Of a stretch of DNA of 64,000 nt, positions 42,401-57,400 are shown piece by piece. Made by a program: the position numbers and the translations under genes. The DNA lies in assembly GCF_964204865.1 (NCBI RefSeq), contig NC_135260.1, positions 9,610,001-9,674,000 on the forward strand. The letters are read 5' to 3'. The stretch is from Styela clava (taxonomy: Eukaryota). Below the pieces are notes generated by a model. It searched no databases and was not told the origin of the DNA. It worked only from the letters and a program-made list of their open reading frames with translations. How positions within the stretch are numbered: the stretch's first letter is position 1; each line of letters starts with the position of its first letter.

Positions 42401-45400
42401 TATTCGGGAGTCAAAGGTCAATTTTCTATGACCTCCACAGCCCGAAACAATAAATCAGCAAGGTTATGGCAGAAAGGAATGTGAATGTTTTGGTCTGATT
42501 ACTTTACCAGACCCTTGTAATCATTGTGATATTACTTGTTGTTACTTAGTAAATATTACTTGTTCACATGTTTGTGTAAGAGTGCTAGTTTGGTGATAGT
42601 GCATTATAGTTTGTAACTGGCCTGGATAAATAATCTATATATGTTTATCTTCCTTGAGGGCAAACAAACTTTTCAGGAGTGATTATTTTAAATGATTGTA
42701 CTTTTTTTTTTCAGAAATGGCAGAATGAACCATCAACCTCATGGCTACAGACTTATCCAATTGTTATGCTTCAAACATTGATATTTATTTATCAATTCAA
42801 TTACAATTCTTTGGCATCAGTATTTGTATCTCATGATTTCATATCTTATCTTTGTGCAACTATCTTTCCAACCGAAGATAACACTTTTTATGTAAGTTTT
42901 ATTATTCAATGTATCTTTGTTCGTAAATTAAATAAAGCGAATATTTTTATTGAACATTTTTCATGATAAAATTACAACATGTGAGCCACTCATTGAAAGT
43001 GCTTTGTCTTCCCTGTGTTAAGATAAGTATCAGCTTTTAAGTCTTCTCAAAGTTTTATGATCCGTTACCTCATTGCTTTTAACATTTTTTCTTCAGTTAT
43101 ATCATGTGTCATATGTAATATAAAGAAGCAAATGAACAAAACTAAAAAATAAATGCATTATGTCAAAAAGAATCAAACAAATCACAGTCGATTCACTTTA
43201 AATTATTGTAGTCATTGTGAATTGAACCTAGTGGCCCAAACCCCTCTCCCTCACTTATGGCCTTCTAGGACGAAGTTTCATAAACCCTGTTTTCATGTTC
43301 TAGATTATTTTCAAATTCCTGTTTAATTCATTTCACAGATGGTTCCATATTTTTCTATCTCTGGAACAAACAGCAAAACTGCTACATCCAGCGTTCCGAC
43401 TACTCCGAACGAAGAAAACCCCAACAATATCCCTGCATCATTCACTTCTGATACTCTTAACAAGGAAAGTCTACTTTCTACCCATCCATGCAAAAAGTTT
43501 ATCTTCAGTCTCATTCAGCATATTATATTTGATTCGTTATCACTGCCATCAACATCGTCAAATTCAGGGAAGCATGCACAAGTTATTGATATCATACTAG
43601 AGGTGGGTTGTAATTTTATCATACTCAAATTATGAATATGTGGACTCATGTTGAGACAATACTTTTTTCTAAACTTATGTTTCTAACTACGAAAAAATGC
43701 GATGTATAATACAGAAAAATGCTTTTTTTTACATTTTAAAATCGGGTCTTCCAACCTGCTAAACCACCCCCCCTGGGTACGCACTGGACTTCACTAATTC
43801 AACGCTGTTTCAAGTCTTGCGTCACTTTGCGTTTGTTGCCGCTTAACGCACTCACTATCTGTGTTTATCCATAAGTTTGCTCAGAATAAGTCTTTCTTGC
43901 GTTAGATTTGTTTCATTGGGATGAAAGAAATACAAGTGTTTTCTTGTTATTTAAACTAATTTGAACTAATGTTTTATTCATTTAATGCTAAATAAACTCT
44001 TCTATCTATTCCTATTTATCAACATTTCCCTTTTTTGTACAATAATTAGAAATTAACAATGTCAAACAAAAATTTTAACATATTGTAGTAGTCAAAATTC
44101 CAATAAAAGTTACCTGATTTAATACGAAGATAAGTGGCATCGAGCTAACTGAATAAACTGACTTTATATTTCTGTCTTCAGATACATTATTAAATCAAAT
44201 ATATTCAATCCTAATGTTTCTCACATACACAAAAATTTTATTTCAAAATAGCCAGGCAGATTTTTTATACAATGCTTCAAAATTTTTTGCTCCAAACAAG
44301 ACCATGTGCATGCAGCTACTGATATCTACCAATATTTAATCCAACCTTTCGTATATCTCAGCACACTATTGAGCTCTTTAAATATTTGCGGCTCACCTAT
44401 CACAAAACATGAACATTTTCTACTCATGAAGCCATTTTGCTATAAAATAACAAAAAACAAATGAGATCTAATAATCTTTGTCTATATTTAAACACATGTT
44501 GTTTCTGCCTTACAAAATTATCATTTCCAAAAAGTGCGATAGTTGATCCCGAATTTTTTTTTTGTAGTTACCGATATTATAACTGTTTTCTTACAATAAT
44601 GTACATGAGAGCGCCTTCGTTTTGATGGCCCTTCCCCGTTCCACAAAGCGCCCTTATTATTATCAAAGGTATTCTCATTTTGGTGGTTTAATTTATCATT
44701 GATATAATTTGTCACTCAGAAATGAATTGTTTTCAAACGATAAACCGTCTAATAATGAATCACTATCAATTTAAAACAACTTTGCTCATCAATTTATATC
44801 CAATTTTTTTCAGTTTTCACCAGAACGATGCACAACATCGCAACTAAAGGAGTTTCAAACAGACATCATAAACCATCTTTTTTCCAATCTTATTGCTGCT
44901 GAACCGTTCTTGGGAGAAACCGGTGTTCTTTTGACCCATGGAAACCTCTCGCATACCGGGAATGCAAATACTAAAAAAGGAAATTCAAATGTAGGAGCAG
45001 CATATGATAATATTCAACAAAATGTCGCTTACTTTGCTTCAAGAGTTGTGGACAGAGTATGGTTAGGTGAGTAAGATAACATAATAATTCAATTATAATG
45101 ACTGTAATGCTTTTGTAATATTATAACCCAATATTGCTGAGGTCGTCAAGCAGAGATGTCCAAAATCTCTTTTCGGAAAACATTCTTGGTTATTGTTCTG
45201 AATATACTGTAATATTGGTCATATTTAGCGATTAAATTTGCAGAAATTTTTGTATATTTTCATAAATAAAAATTGCTAATGCAGTTTAGTTTTAGATCAG
45301 TGGATCTCAAATCTTCATGATCCATGGCCCCCTTTTAAAGATTCAACACCTAGTTTCAACGAATTTCAATCAGTTATTTTATGTCTCGCGTTTAATATCA

Positions 45401-48400
45401 AAAAGGCCAACCAACAAGCAAAGAATAAATGCAGTACCGTAGAGGAATAAATCACAAAACAATTTAATTCAAATTATTATAGCCATTGTGAATTCTACCT
45501 AGTGATGGTCTTTGCCTGTTGCCCTCACAGAACTGCTCCATGTCTCCCTTGAGAGCGGGGATTTTGATTGATTTTGTAGTTTGTACTGTGTCAGTATTTA
45601 ATTGAAGTCTATTTTTTTGTATGAACATTAGATGTCAAATGCATTTAATGACATTTTCGAGTAAAAATATTCTATATTCCTCTTAAAATTGTATGTGTAA
45701 TATATCTAATATCACCATTTTGACTGTATTAAGGTATTCGGTTCATTTAGGGCATCTGTGCCAAAATTGAACTAAATATGAGATTAAATAATTCTGCTCT
45801 TAACTCGTTATTTTAATATTACATTTTCCTTATTTCAGACATGTATAACCAAGACACAAAAACTATTTTTGAATTCATTCGAAAGCTTGTTGTTCAAGGC
45901 AGACATAAAGGTAATTTAACTCGTTAACTACCAAATTTTTGTCACAGTTTATATTATAGTGGGCATATGATAGGATTTACATATTTCCCGGGGAAGAGGA
46001 AAGCCGATAAGGCGGCTTAATCATATGGCAAACCACGGCCTCTCATCCGGTTACCAGTCCATGTCGGGTGTAGGATTAGTTAGCCAGTTATTTATTTTCA
46101 GAAGCATGTTCTTGATGGTAGAGGCAATCGTAATCGTCCAACGGTTAGGGTTAACCACCCTACGACAGCGAAGAGTTCACCAATCTCCTCGCACATTATT
46201 ATCCCCACGGAATTCGAATTGCAGGGTAATCAGGTGCGGTACCGAGCCTATTTTTGACGCTTAGCACAATCCGCCATAGAGGGCAACAGCGTGCTTATGC
46301 TATTCACTCGTATGTAACACGCACTTTGAATTTGTGATTAAAAATCAGTACAGACTTTTGCATGTTTATACTCGGAGAAATAAAGTATGTTTTTTAATTT
46401 GATTTACTCTGCTTTACAGCTAGCAAATGCTCCTCATCACTACTTGATAGTTTGTACCGAAGTCTATATCGAGTCATCTTGTATCAACTAAGTCGAAGAC
46501 ATCAAAGCGTATCCGAGCAGATGACAGTACTCGATGCATTACACAGTCTTACGTCAAACCAAGAACTTATTTTTGATGCCAAAAGAAATGATCACTTATT
46601 TGTTTCTGGATTGTGCCATTGTCTTTTTATGCTATCTGGTGACAGGTGAATATTTTCTTTTTTTAAGAAATATATTTCCCATAAGACGGAACTTAATTTT
46701 AGGTGTCAATAAAATATATGATGATGCATGGTTTATTTATGGTTTAGTGGGAAAATATTACTTAACGCTGCAAACACCTTTCTTTTGAATTATGAAATAG
46801 TCCTTCTTGTAGTATGAGACTATCACTTATACTCATTATTCTACCGTTATTGTTATGAAATTTTCTAATAGACAAGTCATGCAGTCATTTAGACTCGCAA
46901 CCTATTTGTGTTGAAAGAAGGAACTTTTCAATTTGTTATATTCTGTAGTGAAATAATGAACTGGACTGGCCTCAATATTCATTGTTCGCGATGCCAACAT
47001 AATTGATCTATTGAGTTGTCCATTTATTAATCAAGATGCTGCTTCTGAGATTACCAAATTAATCAGTTTTAGTTTATCGAATGAACGGTAAACAGACTGC
47101 TTTCTTTTGACCTGTGTCCAGAATGCAGATGACAGATAATTTCAAGTTATAACTTCTATTCGTGGTATTAAGATTAAAAAAAAATTAATCTATTTCTGAA
47201 ATTTCTTTTTATGACCAATGTTATGTTACGCTATATAATTCATACATATTTTCGAATATTTGATCATTTATCTTCAAATCGGCTTTATAAATTATTATTG
47301 CAGGCATTTCTTAAGAATGTGGTTAGAAATTGATTTCACTGTAGGGTTGTTTATTTATTAGGTATATCACTATAGCATAGTAAGTAATAACGTCTAAATT
47401 GTTGTCCATATTTCAGTGCTGGTGTTGGATTTGGGGTTGAAGAAATACAAAGACAAACAACCTGGCATATTGTAAATCATGATAACACTGTCTCAGAAAT
47501 TGAAACAGGTGAGTCAAATCCTAAAATCTTTGCCACAAATAATACAAGTGATTCTCAACTTTTTTATTTTGAGGGTGAACTAAAATTGTAAAAAGTCTCA
47601 AAGATCGGGTTTTGTATGAGTACTGTGATTGTTATTTCGTCAGGGCTGTTCTATTATTTGAATTTATTTGCTGAATGCATATTTATATACGCCTCATATA
47701 ATCATATACTATTTAACTCAATAGGGCGTAAATGTACCTACAAAAATTTTGTTTACTGTCTCATGGAAAGCCCTTATATAATTTACCTTTACTAAGAATA
47801 CTTATGTAGCCATACAACTACTATTACAACTCAATCGTAAGTTCGGCTACTTTTTTCAATCCACAAATTTTTTCGCTTAACTAATCTTTCGTGCTGTACT
47901 AGTGTACTTAATAGTAACACTGCGTTAATATAGTAGCAAATTTAAAACATTGGGTCAAATCAGCATTGGGTAAAAATCCATAAACTCCAAGTTGCAGGTC
48001 ATGGATCATCCGAGTCTCGAGTCTGGTCCATCAGTAACTAGGTTAAGTATCATAGGCGGTTAGTTTACGACGAATCAAAATCATTTCATTCCATTTTGAT
48101 GACTCTAGCTAATCATTTTGAGTCTTCCCTGAATAGTGACTCGAGTTGAGTCAATAACTTTCCTCAACACTGCTGTCAATGTACCGACATAGGAGTGTCA
48201 TTCATCTAAAACTAAATTCATATTTGTCATTAAATTATTTATGTCCTCTAGCTGAAGAAGCAGAAAACCCATCAGGTCCCGGACAGCCAGCAACTCCACA
48301 AGAAAAAGGCAAAATCTTATTGTCTAAATCAGCAGCGAGAGTATGGGGAGAACTCATGTCATCAAAGAAAAATTCAGTGGAAGATATATTCAAGGTATCT

Positions 48401-51400
48401 ATCTCAGACAGCAAATAGCATTTTGATCCTTATACAGAGATTTTCCTGGAACTTAATAATGGCCTGATGGCCCATGTATTGAACTGGATTTGAAAAGGAT
48501 AATGATTGATCATACTTAGCTATTAGCTATTGTGAGGTTTTATGAGAATACGATATTGCGGGGCCTAGTCTAGATACACGTCATGATGATATTAACTAGA
48601 AAAGCAATCAATTTTTAAATAAGTGCAATCTTGATTCGAATTTTGGTGTTTTTATGAGCAGTGGAGCAAAGTCTATCTATCTCTGTGAATTGTCCGCCTC
48701 AAGTAATTTTCAAACATGAAAAGCATCTTTTATCAGATGTTACATGGGGGCGCCTATTGATGTGTGTGGCCTACCTACTGCGAACCTCGAGTTCTAGAAT
48801 GTTCACACTTGCAGTAAATCTCTGTTAGTCTCACTATTGAATATATAAAAAATGCTGATTGAAATTTGCAATTCTTTATGTAATATTTTTGTTAACTGGG
48901 CTGTAATATAGCAAATTCATTTTTGACTTCCCACGCCATCATAGGAACGTTTCTCATTATAGCATATCCGCTACTGCTTCCTCCATCATATAAGCTTACC
49001 TGGTACAAGAAGCCTGTAAAGTAACAACTTCTATATCTGATAGTGTTCGTTGTTGGTCATAGGATTAAACGGTCTTTTAGGCTTTGCTTTCCCTGTGAAT
49101 AAATATGTGAATTCTGTCTTGTTCCCAGGTATCCTTCCATGATCTTGGGTCCAGTCAATCCAATCTGGATTCAGCAAGATTACGAATCAAAGAGTCAGCT
49201 GCAAAATTATGGTCGAATTATCTCACTCTCGAGAAAAAGGGTCAAGCCGGAACAAAGGAAATTGTATACTTAAATGTAAGTGTTTTGATCTTGAGACTAA
49301 AATCTGTCAAATTGCGGTAACATGGGTTTGAATGGTGTGGTGGATTGGGGTGGCATAAGCAGCCACTGCAGGAAACTACTATACTTGAAACGTTGAAAGA
49401 ACAAAAATATTTCAGGTTCGAAATTGCTTTATCAATTTGCTACACCCTGATTTGTTTTTGATTGATTTGTCTGAGTTTTTTTTGCAATGCCATCATGGGA
49501 AAGTCTAACACTTCAACTTAAAGGCCGCCGCACCCACAACTCAGTAATTTCCTCAAACTAGGACTGATCTTCTAACTGCCTAAGAGACTTGACTTAAGAC
49601 CCGAAAAAAAATTGTGTCCAATCTTCGGGACTCTACTTACGATACGAAAGAGTGCGACTCGGGGTGCAGTGAATCAACTTGCGACTCAATTTTTGAACTT
49701 TTCTGGGACTCAAAGATGAATCGAATGATCCACAACTCGTTGACTAGGAACTTGAAGAGTTCAAGAGACTTGCACCAAACACCATTGTTAACATTTATTT
49801 AGTAAACAGTGGGAAATGGCAATGACCCTGATTGTTACCTTTATTTATTGTATCACGTATGGTGGCATATGTCAGTATTGATTTTCATTGACGTCTGTTT
49901 GTTCAGAAATTGGCAAAAAAAATGTCATCACTTGCAATGTTAGGATCTGGAAGAAAAACAAAGAAAGAGACTGGAAATAAATCACACAGGCATTTTACAT
50001 TGCAAGTAAGTTAAACTAGAATTTCATACCAGCTTCTGCAAGGATCACTACAATACATGAGTATAAAATATATTTAACTTGTCAGTACTGTATGTTGGTT
50101 TGTGCCCACAAAACTTCAGATTCCAAATATGGTATTTTAATTTGCAATTTGTGCTTTGAATTATGTATGTATGTTTATTCAATTTTAATAGGATATGACC
50201 AATGAGAAAATAAAATTTCAAGGCATATTGTATAAGACCATTTGTACCATGCATCTTGAATAAGTACGAATAGAAACAGATGATGTTTTTTGAACCAAGC
50301 CTTTCGAGTGCAAGGTTCCTATTGCCAGAAGACTCTTTTCAAAAAGCAGAAACAAAGTAATGGATGCTATTCTGGATCCTAGTAATTGGCATTTGAAAAG
50401 ATTTGATTACTTTTTTGTCTTTCATCTCTTAATTTATGTTGGTATGGTAATAATTCATAATCTTAGAATGGAATCTATATAAACGTTCGCCAGTAGACAA
50501 CTCTAGTGTAAGTTATTCAAACTATGTTTGTTTACAAATGTCTAAACACAAATTTATACAAATATACATAAATTTTACGGCGATAATGTATTTAGGTAAT
50601 TAAAGCAAAGTGCGAAAAGGTGTCATTGGCCATTATGTCGCTATTTAACTCGAAATGAATGAAGCAAATATATATGGTTTAGGAACATACCCTATAGGTT
50701 TATAGGTTTACGATCGTTTTGTTTATCACAAGAGTGTAGGACTTGCCACCATTTGGTAGGAAGATTTTTAGGCCGACATAGCATTAATTTTTGGGTACTC
50801 CTGTAGTATGTGTACCAGATTAGGGTTAGGCCATAATTATATTCCGATTTTCCTTATTTTAGTTCTATTACGAGTTGTGGAGGTGTCTGTGTTAGCCATG
50901 TGAATATACCCCCTGCACATAGTAATCAGTCCCTTTACACAACTTGATGTAAAGTAGGCAACCCAAATCAGTTACTTCCATATTGGTACACACACTTCTG
51001 GAGCGCCCTTTTTTGTTGTCGAGACTAGACTTAGAGAAATGTTAATTTTAGTATCACTGTCAAATAGTCAAACACATTTATATTATAAAATTAATAAAAG
51101 CAGGGTCAAAGACTAATCTGTATTGGTTAATACTGTGCTGTTGGTTATGTTAACTTCTCAACAACAGAGGGAATTAGTGTTTGTTATGTTAGTCGCCCTA
51201 TTGATGTAAATTCAAAGGCACAATATATTTGATTATTTTATTTATGTTTGTTCATATCAGTGACGCATTTCCAGTGGAAAATACCTACAATGGTCTTCTT
51301 CCCAAATAAGCTTGACGACGGTTGACGTTTTCATACAAAAAATTTTTGTTTTTGTTCTTGGAATGAGTAACGTTAGGATTTGATTTTCGTCTGTAAATAC

Positions 51401-54400
51401 GGAGTCTACAAACGTCACGTCAAAAAAAAAAAAACGCTAGACTTCAAAAATCAAACCAACCAACAATGTATAACCAACCACCTAACCAACTAATGTATGT
51501 ATTTTTGTAATTTTTATCCTACAATTTTGAATTTTCAACTGATTACTGATCTTTATCATTTGCAGTTTTATCTGAAGAAGTTGGACTATGATTTAATGAA
51601 ATCTCATAAATATACTTGATATTTCGTGGAAAGAGATTATGTTATTTTTATTTATCTTCAAAAATCGTTACCAATCGTTTTATCATTAAGAACCTATATA
51701 TTTACAATTCAAGAAAAACTAACTAAGCATTTTCATATGTATTACAATTCAGAAATTCTCATCTGCAATTCGACTCTAAAAAATATTCGAAACTCACATA
51801 CCTATTTTAAGCTTTGATTCTGTTCCTCGGCTTGGTTCGAGAACAAAACAAATTAACAGCGCGTAGATTACCGTTGTAAATAGTCATCGATGAAGCCTAA
51901 TGAAGTTGGTACAAAAGTATATGTCTCGTAATGACATCAGTTAAAAAGAAAGCAACCTTACTAACGACTCCCGACTCGCCTTCTGGGCGTGATTTATGGG
52001 AGAATTCACCGGAGAAACGTTTTTTTATTTCCGATCTATCGCTGTTTACAAGACCGTAAAGTGAACAGTACAGATTACAGATTATCGGGTCAGCTCGAAT
52101 TTCGAGGTTGTTAGCACGCGTTTGTGTATTAAAGCTTGGAGTTTTTGAATTTAGGACATGGTGAGATTTTAATATTTATCCCGGGGGAGAATAAAGCCGA
52201 TAAGACGGATAAACTATATAGAGAACAACGCCCTCGCCCGTTTATCAGTTGAAGTTTCCCAGTCCTGGAGTCGATTGTAAATTTTCCACTGTTCCACAGC
52301 CAAGAGCGTAGCCAGTCCAAAAAAAAATATTTATTGCGGGATGGGGCAATTATTTTTGTATAATGACGTGATACGTCGCTCACTGGTGACTTTTGCTCCT
52401 GACAAAGCCAGATAAAAGTAGACACTATTATCTTTGAGAATCGCTCTACAGACGTATTCCGGTGTCGAAGTTATCCAACGCATATAAGCGCGCTTTTTCA
52501 TCTATTTCACTCGGTTTATTTGGTGAAAGGATTATTTATTGATAGCAATTCAGAAAACGTCCGGTTTTCAGTAAATCGTCCAAAAATAAAGCAAAACATT
52601 TTTGGAAAAGGCTCATTGTTGTTGGAAAATGTCTTACTTCAAATGCCGTAAAATTGCATTTAAAAAAATGTTGATTTTTTTTGGGGGGGGGGGGGGGACA
52701 CGGCCCCTCAGCCCATCCCCTGGCTACGCGTATTTTCCACAGTCCTGCTTCAAATACCTCTATATCAACAATGTGCGGATAACCGGCTATTACTTCCAGT
52801 ACTGTATATAATCAAGGGTTTATCGCGGGTACACGGCATTGAGATATAGTTTATAGTGAGTGAGAACGGGATGCATGTAGGGTATTATCGGCCGTATAGT
52901 AGTATATGTAGTGTTACGATTCGATTTTGTTCTATAGTTTTTATAATACTGAGAAGATTATATTAATAGAAAGTGTTTCAACTTTGGGATTGAAGAAATC
53001 AATACTATGTCGCATTATACCTCAATTCATCCGATTTCGTAGTATTAATCTTTAAATTGTCGTTCGAATTTACTAAATTCCCACCAGTTGTATATCGGTA
53101 TTACGGTTATGCGTGATGCGTAATACAACGTACAAATTTAATTTCGTTACAAAAAGCGTGGCCATGGTTGGCACAATGATACATGTATGGAAATCAATTA
53201 AGCGGTATGACGGGGCTTCCTATGAAACTGGCTCAGGCCATCTTGTTTGGAATTTTCTGCATAGAAGCGATTATCGGTGTTGTTTTAATCGTTTTTTAAG
53301 TCGTTGCAACCATTTTCCCAGCTAATGTTTACCTTAGTATGTACTGTAGTAGGCAGAAATATGTTACATTTCCTCGGTTCGTATTATGAAATAACCGCGC
53401 CAGAAATCGATGATATTAAACAATGGAGGTTTCGGTGTATCTACTTTGTATTCGGTTTGAATGTCTATAATAGTGACTTTGAATATCTACGGTCGTTTTG
53501 TTGTTTAATGTGGCACTCAATAGAAAAGCGTTAAAGCAAAGCAAAAGGCTAGCAAAGATCGTTAAAGTCTGAGAACGTCTGGCCTAGGTTAATTGCAGAA
53601 TTTGTTGCTAGGTTGAGGCCGTTTTTTTCTGAAATACCACAAACATGTATTTGTTTCAATATTTAAAAAATTTCGTATACCAAACTTGAGCTTTTTATAT
53701 TGATTATCGCTTATCACATAGAGTCAAATCGGCTACAAATGATATCAAAATATTGGTTAACTGTACTATTTTTCTAAACAAAACGCACACGCTTTATGTG
53801 TACATTTCATACAACCCAAATTTGCAATACGCACAATATTGTTGACGATGACGCACAAGGTCACGATGATATCATCGTGTGAATGTAGTGACGTCATTCG
53901 ACAAGATATTCTCTTTAAATTCAAAGATCATTTTAGTATCAAGCTTTGCTGGACCATGAAACCCAAATCTTATCAATGGCCCATACTTGGCTAATGAATA
54001 TAATTCTTTAATAATGATGGACCTATTTCGTAGAATTTATAGACAAGAGTAGGAATATGAGAAATATCGAAATTAAATATTTACGACGGTAGTATTATTT
54101 GCTAACGATGTTATTTCCCATTTCATTGTTGAATATTTCTTCGGTTCATTTGTATGTCATTTGGAATCGCTAATAAACGTAGTCGATCAACAAACAGTAT
54201 TCATTCACTGATAGCGTTATTACGAGGTAGGATGTTCTATTGTCTTGCATAAATATGTGGCGTTATTCTGACCCATCTCCCCAGAGTAAGATTGTGTAGG
54301 GTATGTTCAGCCCCCGTTTGGCTGGTGGCTTGTCTAAGCCCCAATCAGGAGAGAATATCGTGAATATTATTTTTTTCCTCAGAATTTGCGACGAATCGCA

Positions 54401-57400
54401 AGTATGATTATATTTTATAGAATATGTTTTGGTTCATGGGTTAGAAGCAATTCCCAATGCTTCTGAAAATTTTGTCGTTGTCGAAGGGCACTTACAGAAA
54501 GATGCTTTTTTTTACATTTCAAAAAAGGGGAAATTATTTCCGAAATTATGGTAGTAATTTGACCTCCGTGTCCATATATTTGAACGTTGCTCTTTTGTTG
54601 TACTTATCCTAACCTAACTAAAATTAGTCTCTCGGGCTCTCGGCGATAACAGAAGGTACTATATAACCTTTTTCGACAAGTTTAATTCATTGATTAATTA
54701 AATCATTTATAATAAGAAAATGGAGTTATCTAATTTATGAGTACAAAAGTTTTAGGTCATAATTTATTTATACTTCGAAATCCAATTCTACTACCGACAA
54801 ATCGCCGCCGAACATCTCAGGTTACACTCTGACTAATTTTGTATTTATAGGTTTTAACTGCTTTATCGTAAATTTTAAGACTACGCTAAAAGTTCGTCGT
54901 TACCTTACAAGGCAAATTATTTTACGCGCGATTAGACTATGACGTCATTTGTCGTCTGCTGGCGAAAAAATACGTGGCATATCGTAAACAATGAGATTTT
55001 ATTTTTAATAATTGAGATTGGTCAAGTGTGACCCAGAGTATGAGTGAAATATTTAATTTGAGTTGGCAATGAAATTATATTCGACTTCAGAAAAGTTAAG
55101 TTGTGAGTTGTAGAAATAATTCTACCCGAACCAACCAATTTTTTGATCTATACTTTTTTGATTTTGTTTATTCTAGGTTAGGATAATTTAGAGAAGGCGA
55201 AAAAACAGCCCACTTATACTAACCTAATACCTAAAATTAACGGAATAAAAAAAAATATAATTGCGGGCAATTGCAGGATACATCAGCACCATTACCTCCG
55301 CCTAACTGCTTAGCACGGTGAATTTAAGTCTTGTATATTCCTAATAAACCTACAGATGGCGTATTCGCCGATGAATTACCGAGTTTTTATTAAGTCTTAT
55401 ATGACTTTGTGATCGTTGTATATCAGTTGTATCATGGACTCGATTCCAACTTTATCATTATTTATAAATACAACCCCATTAAAATTGAAAACAGCCATAA
55501 CCCAGACATCTGCCCGTCTGTCGTATTGTCTGTCTGTTTTTTCGAAAAACATTCACACGCCCTATCTGATTAAGGTGTTCAATTATGCATGTTAATGCTT
55601 CTTAACATATGTCTTATTTTGTTGTATATTGTTTTCAATAACCGTGTTATATTTTGATCAAGCTTGTTCCAATGACACGTACGCTCGATTATGTATAACT
55701 CATGTTTGCACCTTTAATAATGATAATTTGCATATAGTATCACGCAAAGCGAAAATTTGCCGAAATATGTCAACATTTCTTGTGAATTCCTGCTCTCGAA
55801 GAACTAAGTGTATTTTGAGCTTAATTTCGTTTCTCGTTTCTGTCCAAAACACGTTGCTAACGGGTTGTGCTAATTTTAAAATCAGTTTGGAGAAATATAC
55901 GAAGCGATGCATACGCTATTTTTAGTTATGAGTTAGGCGTAATGTGGGATAGTCATGGGTAAGGCATACAATGGACATTTAACGTGAACAGAAAAGGGAT
56001 ATAAAAATGTAAACAAATTTCCATAATTCTATACTTAGGGGTGTTATTTCATACAATACCACTCTTCGGCGACCAGGGTTGCAGTTTTCCGTAGTGTTGC
56101 GACAATTGAAGTCAGCTGAATGATAATGGAAAGCACTAAAGCCTCTCCAAAGCCACAAAATGTCATTTTCATAAAATCGGGTCTGGTGTCTTCAGACATT
56201 TCAGCTAAGCTTTTTAATTGAAGATCATAATGTGCGTTTCATATTGACCAAAATCGTAGTTGTAACGTTAGCAAAATGATAAAAAGTTACGACATAAAAC
56301 GTCTTCTTCGAAGTTTTAACGAAGCGTCTTCTTCCAGTGATGTCATTCATTTTCTTGTCGGGTTACTTTAGGTCAACTTAGGCGAGATAAGATTATTCGA
56401 AATAGAAGAAGCGCTCAAAGTCCACTTTTTCGCAATTTAGAGCGTCTTTCAAAATTCAAAACCAACCAAGTAGGTCAAACGTGTTCGGTTTTGGTTTACC
56501 TGAACGAAATCGCGTAGCGTGAATAACAGACGCTATGTAGCGTTATGATTTGTTATGCACTTTGAGTCGCGGTAGGTCGGCGTGAATTTGTTATGTATGC
56601 ATTTCATAGCCGTGGTAAAGTTAGCGTCCCGACAGTGTTGAGTTCGGTAGAGCATAGTTTACACGCACAGAGGTAGTGCTGATTTTGCCGAAAATAAATT
56701 GTATTTTAGGATAGGTTTATATGTTTCCAATACGAAGTATCGCCTTGTCTTAATTATGACTGTGATTTGAATTTAATCGCTTGCTATGGACAACGGATGT
56801 GCGACAATCTGTTTAATGTGACAAGCTCGCAGTTAGTGATATTTATCTCGATTCAACAAAGACTTCAAAACAGCGCCAAGTGAATTTCACAGACCTTGCG
56901 CGGTTGGCGACTTTTGAAATGAAACGACGTTGCCGGAAACCTCATTCTTATCTTTACCTGACTCAGTCCGACGATTATTGATTTTGTTTTAAATTTTTCT
57001 TTGTCGTCATTCACCCGAAAATGAGTGCTTTCTCATTCAACCTGATGGAGTATTTATTGGCGACGATTGTCAGGTTGTCGAATTTTGAAATCGCCTTTTG
57101 CGGTCCTTGATGATGACAATTGACTAGATCTCTAATGAAAGAGTACAGTAGTTCTTGAAAAGATTACCGACGGTTGGAGCATAATTTATAGCAGGCACTA
57201 TGTATAGACTTATAATGAGTCATGTACTTCAACAAAAATAATCATATTGTGATTTCAATGGAAAGGTGAACCCTCATTTTTTGTGGCGCAATAGATGAAG
57301 TTGAATAGCTCTGAAGAGGGTTAGAATGTAGTCAGCACTATATAATTACTGGGTTTGGTTTACCTTGATACATTTGTTTCTCAGGAATAATGTATTCTAA

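Noticed and set aside
46180-46283. tRNA-like A and B boxes
   Set aside because: Degenerate, no intact cloverleaf, and attached to a repeated body, so a SINE head rather than a tRNA gene.
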